Shown piece after piece: positions 57,952-64,000 of a stretch of 64,000 nt of DNA; position 1 is the stretch's first letter, and each line of letters opens with the position of its first letter. Made by a program: the position numbers and the translations under genes. This DNA comes from Octopus sinensis. Its lineage: Eukaryota. The notes beneath the pieces were generated by a model. The model was not told the origin of the DNA, ran no database searches, and was given only the letters and a program-made list of their open reading frames with translations. The stretch spans positions 35,278,001-35,342,000 of the forward strand of contig NC_043006.1 of assembly GCF_006345805.1 (NCBI RefSeq), written 5' to 3'.

Positions 57952-58670
57952 AGTATGTTGTATTACGGACTGACAGGAAAGAACGGAGTCATGCTGGAGT
58001 TGCTATGTACCTCCGCGAAGACCTCACACCCCAAGTCCTTTTGTCACACTCAAATTCAGTATGTGACACACTAATGGTACGTATAAGACAACTCGGTGTA
58101 GTTATATGTGCTACATATCGCCCTCCAGATGCTCGAAATTATGTAGGCAAGTTTGAAAACTGCCTTACAAAAATAGAATTTCTAGTCATATCAGAACAAC
58201 ACATAAGTGTACTTCTTATGGGAGACTTTAATCTGCCCAATGTCAGATGGTCAGAAGGCCTTTCTCTCCCAGGAATGACCCGATGGGAAGAAGGGCAGGT
58301 GGAGCCCCTCCTGAACCTCATCAATACTTTGTACATGGAACAAATAGTACTCAAACCAACCAGGGAAGGTAACATATTGGTTCTCTGCTTCACAAATAAT
58401 ACGGATCTCATCCATAATGTGAAAGTGACGCCGACGCTACTCTCGGATCACAACATGGTAGAGCTGACCATGTACAGACCAAAGGAAACCATGAGCATGC
58501 AGCCTACAAGAAACTCTCAGAAACTTTCCAGCTTGAACTTCCATAAGGCAAACTGGAAATAAATTCAGAAAGAGATCCTCAAACAAAGCTGGCCTAAATG
58601 TCTCTCCTCACCGAGCATCTACATGAAACTTCAACAATTCATGTCTGTAATGCAATGCATGTCTGTAATA
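57952..58670 (+). pseudogene. APE endonuclease fragment of a CR1/L2/Jockey-group LINE, bounded by (TA)n tracts
   Basis: [50 protein letters not shown]. Confidence 0.85.
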
Positions 58671-58675
58671 TAATG

Positions 58676-58750
<75 letters not shown>

Positions 58751-59891
58751 CTACAAATGTGTCCTGGAGAGAAAGGCCACTATACACAAGAAATCAGCAT
58801 TGATCTTTGTCCTGTTAGGGTTGCCCTTGCCCTAAACAACAACATATCAGTTGGCCTTCTTGTATCTAAAACTCCATCAGAATTGAATATGGTGGCTGGA
58901 AAATAAAACATCAACACCAGTTGTCAGGCGGTGGTGGGAGACAAGTACAAACAAGAAACCCCCCCACACACACACACATACGCATAAATTATTCAGGTGA
59001 CTATTCGTACTTCACAACCGAAAAGCAAGAAGTATAGTCGTCATTAAATTGACTGAGGGTTCTGGTCAGAACCACTATTGCTAGAAATAACAGTCAAAAG
59101 AACTCTTAGCCAAGGGCAAACACTTTTCTAACGACTGACAAGGGAGACAATCTCCCTACAGCAAGCGAGATGGAGAGATATCGACGATGATTTGGGATTT
59201 AATTAACCTTCATCAGTGACTCATTACTCCGTCACCGCACGTCTTTCAGTTTTCCATCTACCAAATCCACTCACAAGGCGTTGGTCGTCCCGAGGCTATA
59301 GCAGAAGACACTTGCCCAAATTGCTAAGCTGTGGGACTGAAACCGGAACCATATGGATAAGGAGCGAAACTTTTTACCACATAGCCACGCCAGCACCTAA
59401 AATGTAATATTGTGCTTCGTAATTTTTAATTAATAGCAACAACATAGAAGTTCTTGAGAATATAGAAATAAAGAATATCAGACTACATACTGCAATAATC
59501 AATGAAGCAAACATAAAAGAACGAAGCGTGGCATCGAATGTTTTGTTCATTTGATATGATTTATAGAAGGTGAAGGTGAAGGGGGTTATGGGATTGTTAT
59601 ACAATATTGACATTAAAAAAGCGAGTTATGCGGTTAAAAGACATCAATCATGATCAATCTCGATGCCAGTTAATTAGATAATGAAGCAAATTATGAAATA
59701 TTCATTAAGGCCAATCAATCACATACAAACAGTCAATGGATTTATGACTGTAAAGAACAAGAAGAAATGTGGTGAAGCATTTTCTCCGATGCGCTACTAA
59801 CTCTATCAGGTCGCTGCCTTACATTGGAAACATGAGGCAAAAGCGTGAGTGTACGGCCAAAAGTTTGCTCCCTAACCACATGGTTCCGGGT

Positions 59892-59954
<63 letters not shown>

Positions 59955-59955
59955 G

Positions 59956-60009
<54 letters not shown>

Positions 60010-60125
60010 TGCGTTTATGTATTTGCTTTGCAAGGTTCAGGTTCTGAAATCGTTTATTAAAACATATTGTTATATTTCGGTATGGTCATTTTCCTTTTCT
60101 TGCCATATATATATTACACGTAATG

Positions 60126-60192
<67 letters not shown>

Positions 60193-60469
60193 AATATCTA
60201 TGTGTGTTGTCTTTCTGTTTGTCCTCCCACTACCGCTTGACAACCGGTGTTGGTGGGTTTACATCCCGTAAAGTAGCGGTTCGAGAAAAGAGACCGATAG
60301 AATAAGTAGTAGACTTTAAAAAATAAGTCCTGGAGTCGATTCATTTGATTATAATTTCAAAGCAATCCTCCAGTATGGCCGTGGTCTAATCTAATACGAT
60401 TAAACGATAAAAGACCAAAAATATATATATAAATGTGGCAAAGTCGCTGGAGAGGGAGAAATTGGGCCT

Positions 60470-60690
60470 GTGATGTTACAAGACTCCAACAGAAAACTTA
60501 ATCTCTTACTGAATGCATGCCGGGTTACTGCACCTCTTGGAAGGACACCAAAGCAATGGCGATACGGGGTGATAAGATTAATTTTTCAAAAGGGAGACAC
60601 GAAAATATCCTCTAATTCGAGAGGAATATCTTTGTTAAACTTCTCTAGTATAGTCTGTCCTGGATGGCTTGTAAAGAGGGGGATTTAGCT
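60470..60690 (+). pseudogene. LINE RT N-terminal fragment (RTE/L2-like)
   Basis: W..GVIRLIFQKGD..SNSRGISLLN. Confidence 0.55.
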
Positions 60691-62575
60691 CTAACGTATT
60701 CTCCCTAAGTACCTAATCAAACTGCCAACTTTCACGATGAAGAAAGTGCTTTGAAGTAGATATGGTTTCCACATTATTTCGATCTTCCAGCGTCACAGTT
60801 GCTAACGTTGAAGCAGGGATAATTTCATAGCAAAATGTGTTAAGTAAATTCTTTTTTGCTATTTTCAGAAAACTTAAGCTCTTTGCATCTACTCAAGTTA
60901 AATGCATCGATATTTACTGCTAATCACGGAAGGGCGAACAGCTTTAGTTATAACACAACAGTACACCCATTAAACAAATATTTTTTTCTTCTTTAGTGAT
61001 TCGTAACAAACTCTCAAACATCACAAGAAATCCTACGTAGAGAGAAAAAATATGCATGTATAATATCCTTTGAGGATATTCCGGTAAAATAACCCTTTCA
61101 ACAAAAAGACTAACGCAGATACATGGTTTCAATGTGCGCTATCAAACAGCGAATCATGCATGCATATATAAAAACGCTTTCATCTGATGAAATATTCCCT
61201 TATGCAGCGAGAGTAACAGATGTTCTTTTCCTCAAACCTTCTTGTTCAATGACACAACAGATATAAGAACGGTTTTACATATTTTATTCATACCAACACT
61301 GCTTCTCTCTCGACTCTAGCTGTACGTCCGTATGTATGTATGTATGTATGTATGTATGTATGTATGTATGTATGTATGTATGTATGTATGTATGTATGAA
61401 TGTGCCTATATATACGAGCATATATATATATATATATGTATGTATGTGTATTTATATACATATATATATTTATGTATGTCTGTATGCTGCATATGTTTAT
61501 TTATATGACGCATACATATATGTGTGTGTGTGTGTTTGTGTGAGTGCATGATATATACAAGCGTGTATATTGACTGATTGATTAAATTGATTTGTCAAAT
61601 TAATCATTCGTTATTCATCTATAATCTTTTCATCGAGATCTCCATGACTGAGTTTTTCGCGCGCGTACACATTTCTGTTAATGGCAATTCATTCTACATG
61701 TATGTATATGCTTGTGTCTATGTAGTCGTATGCAATCTTTGCGTGCGTCGTAGTTACAACTGAACTATATATATATAATTCTTTATTTTATTGTTTCTAT
61801 TACACAAGATTAAATTTATGTTCGTGGTAGATAGATGGAAGCAGCTAGCGTTTGGGGCATCTCTGTTAATTTTACTCGTTTTATTTTATTCCTTTCATGA
61901 CGTCCGGAACGTACATAACGTGTCGGCCGTTGTCAGTCTCTCTAGCTATCGACTTAAATATCAGATTGCTTTGTATTTTCACTGATCTAGAGACATAGCC
62001 AGCACGGTCTGATCAGAGTGTTTAAAATAGCTAATAATTATTTCAGATTTTTTTGCCACAAGGGCAGCTTGGAGGAGGGGGTATGTGTTGATTAGATCGA
62101 CCCCAGTATTCAACTGGTACTAATTTTATCGTCCGCGAAAGGATGAAAGGCAAGGTCGAACTCAGCGGAAATTAATGTCAAGACGTTGGGACGGACGAAA
62201 TACCGCTAAGCAATTCGTCCAGTATGCTTCGGATTCTGCCAGTTCGCCACCTGAAATTTTGAGGGAGGGGATTACTGGTACTTCTGACTGCCGGATGGTG
62301 GCGGTGAGCAGTCATCCCTACGGAGCTCAGAGCCTAAGTAAGGCATGTGTAAAATTTGAATAAAATTGGTTGTAGTTCTCGAGTTTTAGGGATTCACGCA
62401 TTCTCAGTTTTATAAATATAGATATATATATGTATGTATTATGTATGTATGTATGTATGTATGTATATATGTATGCATATTTACAAATTTGAATATTTGT
62501 GTGTGTCTACAAAAAGTTAAACAAAATGCATTTACACAGAGAGACATTGAAATGTATTCATACACACATCTACTC

Positions 62576-62663
<88 letters not shown>

Positions 62664-62790
62664 GTAAAGAGTGAAAAAACGACAGAAGGCTTAAATGTTA
62701 AAAAATATATATATTTGCGACAATATGTCTGAAGAATATTAGAAAATTAAAAAAAAAAAATTTTTTTCCTTTATAATGACATAATTTTTA

Positions 62791-62829
62791 AAGAAAGACC
62801 GGTTTCGCATTTAGCTTTTCAAATTTCTT
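62791..62829 (-). ncRNA. Decayed hammerhead in the region 3' of the Penelope ORF
   Basis: AGAAA-tTTGAAAA-GC taaat GC-GAAAC-CG-GTC-TTTCT; core mutated at C3 and G8. Confidence 0.4.
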
Positions 62830-62960
62830 GTGACGTTATGTTTATGTTTAATAGAGTTATCCTTGTGTTTATGCTCCGGAGAGTTCTAAATAAGGGAAGG
62901 TAGTGGGTAATTTCTTCCGGTGTAAGGGAGATAATCGCTTAAAATTTTTTTTCCTTTCCC

Positions 62961-64000
62961 TTAATGTGAATTTCTCTGTATCAGTATGTTCGGATGGTTG
63001 AGTCTGGGCTTGTACTTTTCAATGAAGAATGTTTCCTTGTTTAGTCTAATTTGTGTTGATGATACGAAAGCACATTGGTAAAATGGAAAGATTAAAAATT
63101 GTGGTAGTAGTTGCTTTGCGCATTTCTCAATGTGCTCACTAAAAGGTATCATTCTATATTCTTGGAATGCAATCTGTTGTCGATGCAGTGTGCATCTACG
63201 TCTGAGTGATAGTCCCGTGGAATCCACGTAGTCTTGGTGGCAGCCCGAGCATTTTATGACATAAATTATGTTTTCAGAGGCACAAGTAAAGTTAGATTTG
63301 ATCTTGAATTTCTGTCCCTCTTTAAAGAGGAATTCTGATCCTTCCAGCAGGTTAGGACATGTTGCACAGTTCGATCTACCACATTTTTTTACTTTTGCAT
63401 CCGTAATTTCAGAAGACAATTTTGCCTTTGTGAGAATCTTTTTAAGTGATTTAGGCTGTTTGTAGCTTTTAATGATTTGGTGTATGTTTAGAATTTCCTT
63501 TAATTTGGGGTTTTTATGAAGTATTGGTAAATTCTGGGTGATGATGGTGAAGGCTTCTTTGTTTCTGGGGTTGTATGTAGATATGTAAGGTAGTATTTTC
63601 GGGGAAGGTGTGTTGTTGTGTTGAACTTTTCTTAAAGTTTCTATGTTGATTTCTGTTGCACGTCTGATCCCATCCTCTATGAGTTGAGCTGGGTAATGTC
63701 TGTCAATTAGGGTGTTTTTGAGTTCTTGCAGTCTAAAGTTCCTGGTATTTTGTTCTGACACTATTGTGCATATCCTTCTTGCAAGGTTGAAGGGGATGTT
63801 TGTTTTAGTGTGTCTTGGGTGGCATGAATTAAAGAGAAGGTATTGTTTGGCGTCTGTGGCTTTGTAGAAAATGTCTGTTTCTATTTTAAGGTTAATTTTT
63901 TAAATTAGTATATCCAAGAACGGGAGCTCCTTTTGGTTGTATTCCATTGTGAACTGTATATTTGGGTTTATGCTGTTCAATGATTATTTCCATGTATCCC
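62961..64000 (-). pseudogene. Penelope-like element: RT C-terminus + GIY-YIG endonuclease; runs off the window; in-frame TAA at 63900-63902
   Basis: NPNIQFTMEY..LPFLDILI..YKATD..YLLFNSCHP..NIPFNLARR (PLE RT); CGRSNCATC..NIIYVIKC..C..YVDST..RCTLH..ETFFI..PRLN (GIY-YIG). Confidence 0.9.

Noticed and set aside
59130-59225. CTGACAA-GGGAGA/TCTCCC hairpin (+) and CTGATGA..CAAAT-CATC-GTC (-)
   Set aside because: Core positions are mutated and stem I does not pair; at most dead relics

Overview
Eukaryotic, gene-poor, microsatellite-saturated DNA. It is most likely from an octopod cephalopod, inferred from the tRNA-headed SINE families and the extreme (TA)n/(GATA)n/(TAA)n load. I cannot support any host protein-coding gene; almost all ORFs in the track are translations of simple repeats. 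Four results stand out. (1) At 35199-50934, six independently 5'-truncated copies of one very young Tx1/L1-clade LINE lie head-to-tail on the minus strand, all inside a single (GATA)n tract. They have identical 3' junctions and a nearly constant 5' junction register, which suggests a (TCTA)n/(GATA)n-targeting retrotransposon that stacks on itself. (2) Several distinct minimal type I hammerhead ribozyme motifs occur, mostly inside large inverted repeats next to (TA)n tracts. They include a highly structured 361-nt unit resembling a retrozyme or non-autonomous Penelope element (20244-21047), and there is a decayed Penelope element at the right edge. (3) A SINE 3' tail matches the Tx1 LINE 3' end (24/28 nt), and a CUUGU-loop hairpin is kept by compensatory stem changes across SINE tail variants. 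(4) Dong/R4-like RLE LINE fragments cluster in (TAA)n tracts, and a full-length 1292-bp mariner sits in the internal (TA)n of a SINE. Ribozyme activity, target specificity and novelty are inferences that need the checks listed.
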